From NCBI GenBank assembly GCA_019358915.1, contig JAHHIM010000042.1, forward strand, positions 1 through 32,220: DNA of 32,220 bases. The letters are read 5' to 3'. Position numbers and translations under genes: made by a program. The stretch's first letter is position 1. Each line of letters begins with the position of its first letter. Source of the stretch: Trichormus sp. ATA11-4-KO1 (GTDB lineage Bacteria > Cyanobacteriota > Cyanobacteriia > Cyanobacteriales > Nostocaceae). Shown in pieces: positions 17,599-26,469 of the stretch. The notes beneath the pieces are model-generated. The model saw nothing but the letters and a program-made list of their open reading frames with translations, made no database searches and was not told the DNA's origin.

Positions 17599-18783
17599 AT
17601 GGGCAGAATCGAAACTAAAACCGAGCCAATGGTAATTAACTTTGGCCCCCATCACCCTTCAATGCATGGGTGCTTTCGCATTGTTGTCACCTTGGATGGG
17701 GAAGATGTAGTTGATTGTGAACCTGTGATTGGCTACCTGCATCGAGGAATGGAAAAGATTGCCGAAAACCGTACCAATATTATGTATGTGCCCTATGTGA
17801 GTCGCTGGGACTATTACGGGGGGATGTTTAACGAAGCAGTGACGGTGAATACTGTGGAAAAGTTAGCAGATATTCCCATCCCCAAACGTGCTAGTTATAT
17901 CCGGGTAATCATGCTGGAGTTAGCTCGAATTGTCAATCATCTTTTATGGTTGGGGCCATTTGTAGGGGATTTAGGCGCACAGACTCCGATATTTTATACT
18001 TTACGCGATCGCGAAATGATTCTCGATCTGTTTGAGGCTGCCACAGGCTATCGCATGGTCAACAATAATTATTTTCGTATTGGTGGGGTGGCGGCTGACT
18101 TACCTTTTGGTTGGGTGGATAAATGCCAAGATTTCTGTAACTATTTTGTTCCTAGTATCGATGAATATGAAAAATTAATTACCAATAACCCGATTTTTCG
18201 CCGCCGAGTTGAAGGTATAGGTGTTCTCAGCCGAGAGGAAGCGATTAATTGGGGTATTTCTGGCCCGATGTTACGCGCTTCTGGGGTCAAGTGGGATTTA
18301 AGGAAAGTTGACCACTATGAATGCTACGACGATTTTGATTGGAATGTCCAGTGGGATATAGCTGGAGATTGTTGTGCTAGGTATCTCGTGAGAATTGGAG
18401 AAATGCGCGAGTCGGTGAAGATTATTCGGCAAGCACTTGCGGGGTTACCTGGGGGTGCATACGAAAATTTAACGACTCAACGAATGGTAGCTGGAACTAA
18501 ATCTGAATGGAACAATTTTGATTACCAATTTATTGCGAAAAAGGTTGCACCTACATTTAAAATTCCCCAAGGTGAACATTATGTTCGCATCGAATCAGGC
18601 AGAGGAGAGTTAGGGATTTTTATTGTTGGTAATGATCATATCTTTCCCTGGCGCTGGAAAATCCGTTCAGCCGATTTCAATAATTTGCAGGTTTTACCTC
18701 AGTTGATTCGAGGGCAGAAAGTAGCAGATATTTTTGCCATTCTGGGGAGTATTGATGTGGTGATGGGATCGGTAGATCGTTGA
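17599..18783 (+). CDS. ndhH: NAD(P)H-quinone oxidoreductase subunit H (divergent copy)
   Basis: [29 protein letters not shown] and C-terminal [13 protein letters not shown], 394 aa. Confidence 0.92.
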   Translation: MGRIETKTEPMVINFGPHHPSMHGCFRIVVTLDGEDVVDCEPVIGYLHRGMEKIAENRTNIMYVPYVSRWDYYGGMFNEAVTVNTVEKLADIPIPKRASYIRVIMLELARIVNHLLWLGPFVGDLGAQTPIFYTLRDREMILDLFEAATGYRMVNNNYFRIGGVAADLPFGWVDKCQDFCNYFVPSIDEYEKLITNNPIFRRRVEGIGVLSREEAINWGISGPMLRASGVKWDLRKVDHYECYDDFDWNVQWDIAGDCCARYLVRIGEMRESVKIIRQALAGLPGGAYENLTTQRMVAGTKSEWNNFDYQFIAKKVAPTFKIPQGEHYVRIESGRGELGIFIVGNDHIFPWRWKIRSADFNNLQVLPQLIRGQKVADIFAILGSIDVVMGSVDR

Positions 18784-18799
18784 TGAATTTATTTTTGAA

Positions 18800-18871
18800 T
18801 GTAGAGACGTAGCACTGCTACGTCTCTACAAGGTTTTTGGATAACACATATTTGATTTTTAGAGATGTCTA
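18800..18871. repeat. Palindromic dispersed repeat / MITE-like element
   Basis: Perfect 31-bp palindrome TGTAGAGACGTAGCA-C-TGCTACGTCTCTACA (18800-18830), followed by a tail ending in GAGATGTCTA as in common Nostocales repeats. Confidence 0.75.
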
Positions 18872-18873
18872 AT

Positions 18874-18924
18874 GAGTAACTGGTAACTGATAATTTGATA
18901 ATTATTACCCTTTACCAGTTACTC
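18874..18924. terminator. Inverted repeat between convergent genes (possible bidirectional terminator)
   Basis: GAGTAACTGGTAA (18874-18886) and TTACCAGTTACTC (18912-18924). Confidence 0.55.
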
Positions 18925-18927
18925 TAC

Positions 18928-20526
18928 TTAACTAGCTACAGCCTCGGCTTTTTCTTCGGCTTTTGCAGTGACAGGCACATAAGGTTTTTCTGCACCTTGT
19001 GCTAGATATTCAGCTAGCTGACTTTCTATTTGATCACGGACAATTTGGCGATACTCTAGAAAATGTTCGTTGTGGGCGCAAGCAGAAAGGTAATGTTCGG
19101 CAACACCTGGGTTACGCTTGATAATGCTAAACAAATGATGCCAAAACTTCCAACGGGTTTCCCGTTTAATCCCTTGTCGCCAAATCACAGTGAGTAACGC
19201 TTTCACAATTATCCAGTCTGGCATTTTGAATGGCGCTTTCCATCTCGGCGCACCCATCATCAGGAAGCAACGATAGGTGCGATCCAAATATTTCACTGGG
19301 TCATATAATGCACAAAATGCCTCAATATATTCTCTACCAATATCTTCAAGAGGGCGGGTAGGAATAAAGTTCATCAACGTTGTTTGGTTAATATTACCGT
19401 CTTGATTTTCCCGCAGTCGTCCTTCTTTTTTCAGACGATGCCACAATGCGGTATTGGGTAGCGCTTGCAACATAGCGAAGGTAGTAGAGGGAATTGCTGC
19501 TTGTTCGGCAAAACGGACAATGCGATCACCTGCACCTGCTTTTTCGCCATCGAACCCGATAATAAACCCAGCCATCGGTCGCAATCCGGCTTTGATAATG
19601 GTTTGCACAGCATCGGCTAGGGAACTACGGGTATTTTGAAACTTCTTAGTTAATTGCAAACTATCCTCATCCGGTGTTTCAATTCCTAAGAACACCGCAG
19701 AGAATCCAGACTCAACCATAAGTTCCAGCATTTCTGGATCTTGTGCCAAGTCCACAGAAGCTTCAGTATCAAACCGGAAAGGATATTGATGTTCTGCCAT
19801 CCAGACTTTTAACTCTTTGAGCAACAATTTCACATTACGTTTGTTGCCGATAAAGTTATCATCTACCATAAACACACCCCGCCGCCAACCCAACTCATAG
19901 AGGTAATCTAACTCTGCCAATAGTTGTGCTGGGGTTTTGGTACGCGGCTTACGTCCGTAGAGAACAATAATGTCGCAGAATTCGCACTGGAAAGGACACC
20001 CACGCGAAAACTGCACCGACATCATGTCATAGGCATCCAATTCTAATAAATCAAAGCGGGGGACTGGTGTACTTGTGACATCTGGTTTTTCTGTAGCGCG
20101 GAAAGTCCCAGAAGTTTCACCCCGTTGAATAGCCTCAATAAACATGGGTAGAGTGATTTCCCCTTCATCGAGAATCAGAAAATCTGCACCGACATTTTGC
20201 ACTTCGTGAGGTACAGAAGTCGGATAAGGGCCACCCACCGCAACTAACTTACCACGTCGTTTTGCTTCCTGAATTTGCCCCAATAAATCTTGCTTCTGGA
20301 CAATCATCGCGGAGAGAATGACTACATCAGCCCATGCCCATTCTTCCTCAGATACTGGACGGATGTTGCGATCAACCAGCTTAAACTCCCATTCCTGGGG
20401 CAAAATTGCTGCCACCGTTACTAAACCCAAAGGTGGTAACAAAACCTTGCGATCAACTAACTCCAGGATTTTTTCGTATGACCAAAAGGTTTTAGGAAAT
20501 ATCGGATATACCAGTAATACTCGCAT
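18928..20526 (-). CDS. B12-binding radical SAM protein with DUF4070-like C-terminus (HpnP-like family)
   Basis: PPLGLVTVAA and VAVGGPY B12-binding segments, SRGCPFQCEFC (CxxxCxxC) and FMVDDNFIG. Confidence 0.88.
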   Translation of the reverse strand: MRVLLVYPIFPKTFWSYEKILELVDRKVLLPPLGLVTVAAILPQEWEFKLVDRNIRPVSEEEWAWADVVILSAMIVQKQDLLGQIQEAKRRGKLVAVGGPYPTSVPHEVQNVGADFLILDEGEITLPMFIEAIQRGETSGTFRATEKPDVTSTPVPRFDLLELDAYDMMSVQFSRGCPFQCEFCDIIVLYGRKPRTKTPAQLLAELDYLYELGWRRGVFMVDDNFIGNKRNVKLLLKELKVWMAEHQYPFRFDTEASVDLAQDPEMLELMVESGFSAVFLGIETPDEDSLQLTKKFQNTRSSLADAVQTIIKAGLRPMAGFIIGFDGEKAGAGDRIVRFAEQAAIPSTTFAMLQALPNTALWHRLKKEGRLRENQDGNINQTTLMNFIPTRPLEDIGREYIEAFCALYDPVKYLDRTYRCFLMMGAPRWKAPFKMPDWIIVKALLTVIWRQGIKRETRWKFWHHLFSIIKRNPGVAEHYLSACAHNEHFLEYRQIVRDQIESQLAEYLAQGAEKPYVPVTAKAEEKAEAVAS

Positions 20527-20727
20527 GTAGTATCAATCCTCACACTTTGATTATTATCCCACTCTAACGAAAATTAAGACTTATTGACTTTTTTTTAAAT
20601 TTGCTTTATCTTACCGTCAATATTTTTGCTTAGCAATTACACTGCTGTCAAATACCTACACTGACCCGACAGTTGAGTTAAGTGTTCCAAAAAGACGCAA
20701 TGGAAATTAGTTGCGATCGCTTAAGCT

Positions 20728-20858
20728 TAAGTAGGTGGGTGGGAAAATTTATCGCTAGGATAAGGCAGAAGGCAGAAGGCAGGAGGCAGAAGGGAAGAGG
20801 GTTTTAAGCTGATTCATTTTTCTTTACATAGTTGATTTTATTTGTGCCTACCTACTTA
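20728..20858. mobile_element. MITE with TA-flanked terminal inverted repeats and internal heptamer repeats
   Basis: TA-AGTAGGTGGG ... CCTACCTACT-TA ends, consistent with an IS630/Tc1-type TA target. Internal (A/G)AGGCAG x4 at 20762-20789. Confidence 0.75.
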
Positions 20859-20890
20859 CTCTTACTCAAAAAATAAATTAGTATCTCCCG

Positions 20891-21145
20891 TCGGCAACTT
20901 GCGCGATCGCAGTTTACCGCAAATGGGCGATCGCCACTGATGACAAACGAGCGATCGCGGTTTTTCAACAAACAGCCCCAGAACTGCAAATTTTATCAAC
21001 CTTAGATATCATCAAGCATTGGTCAGAGGTAGCAGGGGTTGATTCGTCAAAGCTACGTGACATACTCAATGCGATTCGGTTTAAAGCACGGTATTTGCCG
21101 CCTAACAGCCATCCTCTACGAAGTTGGTGGGCAGAGTTAATATTA
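20891..21145 (+). pseudogene. 5'-truncated PIN-domain-like gene remnant (not in ORF track)
   Basis: The frame from 20891 reads SATCAIAVYRKWAIATDDKRAIAVFQQTAPELQILSTLDIIKHWSE...RYLPPNSHPLRSWW. This is the C-terminal half of a PIN fold (after the GE motif, with TDD). There is no start codon. Confidence 0.65.
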
Positions 21146-21260
21146 TCCTTGCTTCAGGATCGAGAGCAGGTAAAACGAAGCGCAAAGTTACCAGCCAAGG
21201 ATACTGACGAGAACAAGGCATTTCTTGTTAAAAATGCTGCTCGTTCAATCTCCTCTCAAT

Positions 21261-21428
21261 GCCTACGAAGTTAGCTGACGGGCTAGGACTGAGAGATGTC
21301 CTTCTCTAATTGGGTGAAGTCTTGAGCTTAAAGTCTTCACTTTTCTTGGAGATAAGCCCCAAATTTGGTTCCTCCGCTCTTGGCTTACCCTGATGAACAA
21401 ATTTTGTAGGATAAGTAATGAATTAGGC
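21261..21428 (-). ncRNA. ydaO/yuaA (c-di-AMP-class) riboswitch, minus-strand copy
   Basis: Minus strand: GCCTAATTC...GAGCGGAGGAACC...TGGGGC...CTCTCAGTCCTAGCCCGTCAGCTAACTTCGTAGGC, with P1 GCCTA/TAGGC. Confidence 0.85.
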
Positions 21429-21795
21429 AGACAGACTTATGCTTTTTTGCAGTTAACGTAGCATCGTCAATTATGTCAAGGTAGTGAATAATCATGTTTT
21501 ATCTATAATTTATGGGAAAATTAGGTTTTTATCCTGGATTTATCAGGCTTTAAGGTTAATTGATTGCTAGATAAATTATCTATCTCAGGGAAGAGATGAT
21601 GAATAATATATTCCTTTTTAAGTAATTAAGAGAGGGAATAGGGAAGAATATTGGAATACAGCGATTACACGTTTGGTCGTGAAAAATGCGTAAATATTTA
21701 TGTTGAGATACTTGTAGCTTAATTCAGCCTTACTTAGCTGGTTCTTGCTAAACCAAGATGTTAATGTATAATTCAATATAAGCTAGAGTAAGTCA

Positions 21796-21988
21796 GCCTA
21801 ATCCAGCGCGTTATAGTGCATAGCACTGGAGCGGAGGAACCAAATTATGGGGCGTACCTCTGAATCGATTACTGATAAGATTTGCAGTCTGAGAGCGAAA
21901 ATTCATCCCAGATTCTCAATCTAAAAAATCCCAAATCGATAAGAGGGGGGCATCTCTCAGCCCTAGCCCGTCAGCTAACTTCGTAGGC
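21796..21988 (+). ncRNA. ydaO/yuaA (c-di-AMP-class) riboswitch leading the ABC transporter operon
   Basis: GCCTAATCCAG...CTGGAGCGGAGGAACC...TGGGGCG...CTCTCAGCCCTAGCCCGTCAGCTAACTTCGTAGGC, with P1 GCCTA (21796)/TAGGC (21984). Confidence 0.88.
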
Positions 21989-22100
21989 ATTGAGAGGAGA
22001 CTGAAGAGACAGCATTTTTTTAATGTTTTGATCTCGTCAGTGTCCTTGGCTGGTACTGCTCGGTTTTTTGTACCCGCACTGAGTTCTGTTGAGGTCAGTA

Positions 22101-22952
22101 ATGATATTGCAATTAAATTTAGCAGCGATAATTGCGATCGCTAGTCAAACTACTTGGAAAAAAGCCAAACCTGTAGTTGCAAGAGATGTTTTTATCCTAC
22201 CTGCCTTAGGGTTTTTAGGCATTATTCTGTTGTGGTGGATTGTAGCATTGCTCAATCATGAATTAATGCCCACTCCACCGGAAGCTTTGATTGCCAATCT
22301 TGATTACATCTTAAACCCTTTTTATCAACGAGGTCCTGGTAACTTAGGAATTGGTTGGTTGTTGATAGCCAGTTTAAAACGGGTATTGATTGGTTTTTTA
22401 TTAGGCGCGATCGTGGCGATTCCCTTGGGATTTCTCATTGGGATGTCTAAATCAGCCATGTTAGCGTTTAATCCCATCATTCAAATTTTTAAACCTGTAT
22501 CACCTTTGGCTTGGTTGCCTATTGCTTTGGCTATCTTTAATTTGGCAGACCCTTCCGCGATTTTTGTAATTTTCATTACCTCTTTATGGCCAACAATAAT
22601 TAATACTGCCTTGGGAGTTGCCAGCGTTCCCAAAGATTATTTAGATGTGGCACGAGTACTAGAAATGCCCCGTTGGCGGCGAATTACAAAAATTATTTGG
22701 CCTGCAAGTTTGCCGTATATTTTTACAGGTTTACGTATTAGTTTAGGGATTGCTTGGCTAGTCATTGTTGCAGTAGAAATGCTCACAGGTGGTGTCGGTA
22801 TTGGCTTTTTTGTTTGGGATGAATGGAGTCGTCTCAATCTCAGTTCAGTCTTTTTAGCCGTGCTAGTAATTGGTGTCACTGGATTAGTTTTAGACTTTGC
22901 AGTGGGCAAAATCCAAGAATTAGTCACCCACAGACCTACAGCTTTTAAGTAA
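22101..22952 (+). CDS. NrtB/CmpB-like ABC transporter permease
   Basis: SLKRVLIGF, KPVSPLAWLPI, IFTGLRISLGIAWLVIVAVEML and GIGFFVWDEW motifs. RBS GAGGT precedes ATG 22101. Confidence 0.9.
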   Translation: MILQLNLAAIIAIASQTTWKKAKPVVARDVFILPALGFLGIILLWWIVALLNHELMPTPPEALIANLDYILNPFYQRGPGNLGIGWLLIASLKRVLIGFLLGAIVAIPLGFLIGMSKSAMLAFNPIIQIFKPVSPLAWLPIALAIFNLADPSAIFVIFITSLWPTIINTALGVASVPKDYLDVARVLEMPRWRRITKIIWPASLPYIFTGLRISLGIAWLVIVAVEMLTGGVGIGFFVWDEWSRLNLSSVFLAVLVIGVTGLVLDFAVGKIQELVTHRPTAFK

Positions 22953-23062
22953 GTTGCTTGTAGAAATAGAGAGGACTAAATTCCTCATGACAAACGCAAT
23001 CTAATTGTGCATTTTCCCCTGAATTTGCTGAAACATAATTGATTACCACTGGAGCGACAGAA

Positions 23063-24505
23063 ATGGGTGATCATCGTTGGACGCGACGAGACTTTATTCA
23101 AGGCATAGGAGCAACAACGACTGGGATAGCGTTGACAGCTTGTGGTATTGCTGGAAATACTGGCGCTGGAGGAATGAGTGCAGAAGCCTTAGCAGTTGAA
23201 CCAGTCGTTAAATCTCAAGACTTAGAAAAACCTGATATTACCGTTGGTTATGTACCTGTTAATGATTGTGCGCCATTTGCGATCGCCTGGAAAAAAGGTT
23301 TCTTCCGCAAATATGGTTTGAACGTCACACTCAACCGGGAGGCGAGTTGGGCAACATCCCGTGATGGATTAATTTTTGGTCGTCTAGATGCTTCACCTGT
23401 GGTATCTGGTGCTGTCACCAACGCCAGAATTGGTGCTGAAGGCGCACGTCATGCCTCCCTATGTGCAGCGATGACCATTCATCGCCACGGTAACGCCATG
23501 ACCATGAACAAAGCCATGTGGGATTTTGGGCTACGTCCGTGGTACGAATACCAAAAACAATACGGTGACGGTGCATTAGAAGCCTTTGGGCGCGATTTTC
23601 GCAGCTACTTTGCCAAGCAACCCACAGAACGGAAAGTTTGGGCAGTAGTTTTGAGTTCTGCCATTTACGAATACTTTATCCGTTACTTATCCGCAGCCGC
23701 AGGTATTGACCCACTAAAAGAGTTTCGCATCATTATTGTGCCACCTCCCCAGATGGTGACAAATGTGCGAATTGAGGCAATGCAAGCTTATATGGTGGCT
23801 GAACCTTGGAACACCAGAGCAATTTCAGGGAACGAAGGCATCGGCTTCACCTTCGCTCAAGGCAAAGAAGTGTGGTTAGGACACCCAGACCGATTATTGG
23901 GAGTGATGGAATCTTTCATTGACGATTATCCCAAAACCTATCGCTCTCTAGTCAAGGCAATGATAGAAGCCTGCCAATATTGCAGCAAACCAGAAAATCG
24001 CCAGGAAGTTGCCGAATTAATTACAGACCGTTCCTTTACAGGTGCTAGACCCAGAAATCCCAATGCACCCATCGCTCAATTAACTAGTCCAGGAATTATT
24101 GGTAATTACAACTACGGTGGATTTGATGGCAAAGACCGCACCATTAAGTCTGCTGATGGCACAATTTTCTTTGATATTCCTGATAACCTTCCCCAATACC
24201 CAGGTAATCATTCGACATTCCTTTGGCAATCCCAAAGTATTTGGTTAATGACTCAAGCTGCACGTTGGGGACAAATATCGGAGTTTCCCAAAAATGCTGA
24301 TGAAATAGCCCAACGCAGTTGGCGAACAGACCTATATCGAGAAATAGCCACGGAAATGGGCATCGAATGTCCTCAGGATGATTATAAAATTGAGCCGCCA
24401 GAAGTCTTCATCGACAAAATAGGTTTTGATCCTAGTAATCCAGTGGAATATTTAAACAAGTTTGCAATTAGAGCTAATGCTCCTACACGTTTCTTCATGT
24501 CGTAA
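23063..24505 (+). CDS. NrtA/CmpA-family ABC substrate-binding lipoprotein
   Basis: Tat motif TRRDFI and lipobox LTAC, plus GYVPVNDCAPF, VPPPQMV and AEPWN. The likely start is ATG 23063. Confidence 0.9.
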   Translation: MGDHRWTRRDFIQGIGATTTGIALTACGIAGNTGAGGMSAEALAVEPVVKSQDLEKPDITVGYVPVNDCAPFAIAWKKGFFRKYGLNVTLNREASWATSRDGLIFGRLDASPVVSGAVTNARIGAEGARHASLCAAMTIHRHGNAMTMNKAMWDFGLRPWYEYQKQYGDGALEAFGRDFRSYFAKQPTERKVWAVVLSSAIYEYFIRYLSAAAGIDPLKEFRIIIVPPPQMVTNVRIEAMQAYMVAEPWNTRAISGNEGIGFTFAQGKEVWLGHPDRLLGVMESFIDDYPKTYRSLVKAMIEACQYCSKPENRQEVAELITDRSFTGARPRNPNAPIAQLTSPGIIGNYNYGGFDGKDRTIKSADGTIFFDIPDNLPQYPGNHSTFLWQSQSIWLMTQAARWGQISEFPKNADEIAQRSWRTDLYREIATEMGIECPQDDYKIEPPEVFIDKIGFDPSNPVEYLNKFAIRANAPTRFFMS

Positions 24506-24555
24506 ATGACAAATTTAAATATTAACTAATAGCTGAAAATTCTGAGGAGATTTGC

Positions 24556-25395
24556 ATGATGAAAGATATGCCATTAGTAGTAAATCCTGGACACCAAGTT
24601 ATGTCTCGCCCTAATTTTTTAGAAATTGAAAATTTATTCAAGGCTTATCCGACACCAGATAAAGGTAACTTTGTCGTGTTAGATGGTGTCAATCTCACCA
24701 TTGGGGAAGATGAATATATTTCTGTAATTGGTCACTCTGGGTGTGGAAAATCAACTTTACTGAAGATAGTAGCTGGTTTAGAAAAAGCATCCTCCGGCTC
24801 AGTTAGGTTAGATGGCAAAGAAATTCGGCAACCCGGAGCCGAAAGGATGATGGTATTTCAGAACTACTCATTATTACCTTGGTTGACTGTGCGCGAGAAT
24901 ATCCGTTTAGCTGTAGATGAAGTGCTAAAAAATGCTAATCGTGCTGAAAAGACTAGCATTGTTAACGAACACTTAGCAATGGTAAACTTAACGGCGGCAG
25001 CAGATAAATATCCTGATGAAATATCTGGAGGAATGAAACAAAGAGTAGGCATTGCTAGAGCCTTAGCAACTTGCCCAAAAATGTTACTGATGGATGAACC
25101 TTTTGGGGCATTAGATGCGCTGACTCGCGGCAAATTACAACGACAGGTATTAGATATTTGGGAAAACCATCGACAAGCAGTAATGATGATCACTCATGAT
25201 GTGGATGAAGCCATTTATATGTCTGATCGCATAGTACTAATGACTAATGGACCATCAGCCACAATTGGGGAAATATTAGAAATTCCCTTTGAGCATCCAC
25301 GCGATCGCACCGCTGTGCGAAACTCCAAAGAATATTTTGAACTTCGCAACCACGCTCTCAATTTCCTCGATAACTACTTTAAGCAGGAAGAGTGA
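24556..25395 (+). CDS. NrtD/CmpD-like ABC transporter ATP-binding protein
   Basis: GHSGCGKST, ISGGMKQRV, LMDEPFGALDALT and ITHDVDEA motifs. It has no NrtC-type C-terminal extension. Confidence 0.92.
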   Translation: MMKDMPLVVNPGHQVMSRPNFLEIENLFKAYPTPDKGNFVVLDGVNLTIGEDEYISVIGHSGCGKSTLLKIVAGLEKASSGSVRLDGKEIRQPGAERMMVFQNYSLLPWLTVRENIRLAVDEVLKNANRAEKTSIVNEHLAMVNLTAAADKYPDEISGGMKQRVGIARALATCPKMLLMDEPFGALDALTRGKLQRQVLDIWENHRQAVMMITHDVDEAIYMSDRIVLMTNGPSATIGEILEIPFEHPRDRTAVRNSKEYFELRNHALNFLDNYFKQEE

Positions 25396-25423
25396 ATTTA
25401 GACTATGATTATTTTTAGTGGGT

Positions 25424-25642
25424 AGCCTAATTCAAATTCATCAAAACTGGGTTTGAAGCGGAGAAACCAAGTATTTGGGGCTAATCTTCACGAAAGACAC
25501 CTTCCAGTCTTAGCCCGTCAACATAATTCGTAATTGATAATAGAGCCTCCGGATGCCGCCAGGCTGTACGTAGTTACAATCAGTGGGGGCTTGAACCCTC
25601 TTTAATTACGAATTACGAATTAGTAATTATTTGGTCAAGGCT
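25424..25642 (+). ncRNA. Third ydaO-class riboswitch copy, degenerate and interrupted by an insertion
   Basis: AGCCTAATTC...AAGCGGAGAAACC...TGGGGCTAATC...CAGTCTTAGCCCGTCAAC [insertion] TTGGTCAAGGCT. P1 AGCCT/AGGCT is retained across the insertion. Confidence 0.65.
25523..25630. repeat. ~108-bp inserted element with AATTACG heptamer inverted ends
   Basis: Left end ATAATTCGTAATT and right end AATTACGAATTACGAATTAGTAATTAT, with an internal ACAATCAGTGGGGGCTTGAACCC segment. Confidence 0.7.
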
Positions 25643-26104
25643 GATAGTCCGAAGGTAGACGAAGCAGCGATCACCTTTTTCCTTGACTAGACTTAGAACC
25701 TGTCTTTGAGGGCGATATTAGCGATTAATGTATTTACAAATAATTGTCATAAGCTGGTTGCATGTGCGTCATATCGAATTGCTAATTTAAAAAATAATTA
25801 CAGAATTATTCTCCCCAGTCCTCAATCTCCGTATGTCTACTTTCATTTTGGCTACATTTTTGGTTAGTTTACTCACTGCATCTGGTTGGGTGGCGATCGC
25901 TTATCTGTTTCCGCAGCATCATTCTCAAGACTAAGTAAACATCACAGGATACTTAGAGTACGCTCTGCCTTGGCCTTAGTATTACGTAAACCGTATTTTT
26001 GCCATCCATCTTGCATATCTCTGGATTTTTTTAATCCACATCATATAATAACTGCATTCAGTTTATTTTTGATGTATCATCCAAGGCTTTCAGGAGTGTT
26101 GATA

Positions 26105-26434
26105 ATGAATCAGATACAGTTGACTGTAGTTATTGGTTACTTACTGATGACCTGCTATTTTTTCAGTAATTGGCTAAGATTCACTTTGCGCCATCCAACT
26201 TCTAGTCCTGAAGATAAATTTTTATCTTTTGTTATATTTTTGATTACAACTATTTTCTGGCCTTTGATTATTTTGATGTCTTTATGGGAAATATTCAATA
26301 AACGGAAATTAGAATTTAATACTGTGATTCCTGTTTTATTGGCAATGTTTGCTTTTAGTATTTCATACTATTTGACTTATCTGTATGAGCATGATTTTTG
26401 CTATAATAGCATATTTTGCTCTTTCCCTTCATGA
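26105..26434 (+). CDS. Small hypothetical membrane protein
   Basis: RBS CAGGAG before ATG 26105. Three hydrophobic segments: MNQIQLTVVIGYLL...SPEDKFLSFVIFLITTIFWPL. Confidence 0.7.
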   Translation: MNQIQLTVVIGYLLMTCYFFSNWLRFTLRHPTSSPEDKFLSFVIFLITTIFWPLIILMSLWEIFNKRKLEFNTVIPVLLAMFAFSISYYLTYLYEHDFCYNSIFCSFPS

Positions 26435-26469
26435 AGGTTTTCAAGTTTATGTTGGAAAGCTAAAAAATC

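Noticed and set aside
20762..20793. Tandem repeats as a CRISPR array
   Set aside because: These are heptamer units with no spacers. No CRISPR array or cas gene was seen anywhere in the window.
21430..21795. NtcA box upstream of the Nrt-like transporter
   Set aside because: I found no convincing GTA-N8-TAC by eye in the inter-riboswitch region.
22101..25395. Naming the transporter nrtABCD, cmpABCD or cynABD
   Set aside because: Gene order, the missing C subunit and the context do not fit, and the substrate cannot be assigned from sequence alone.
25886..26104. Long N-terminal extension of the 26434-ending ORF
   Set aside because: It has a TTG start with no RBS, whereas a clear RBS and ATG lie at 26105.
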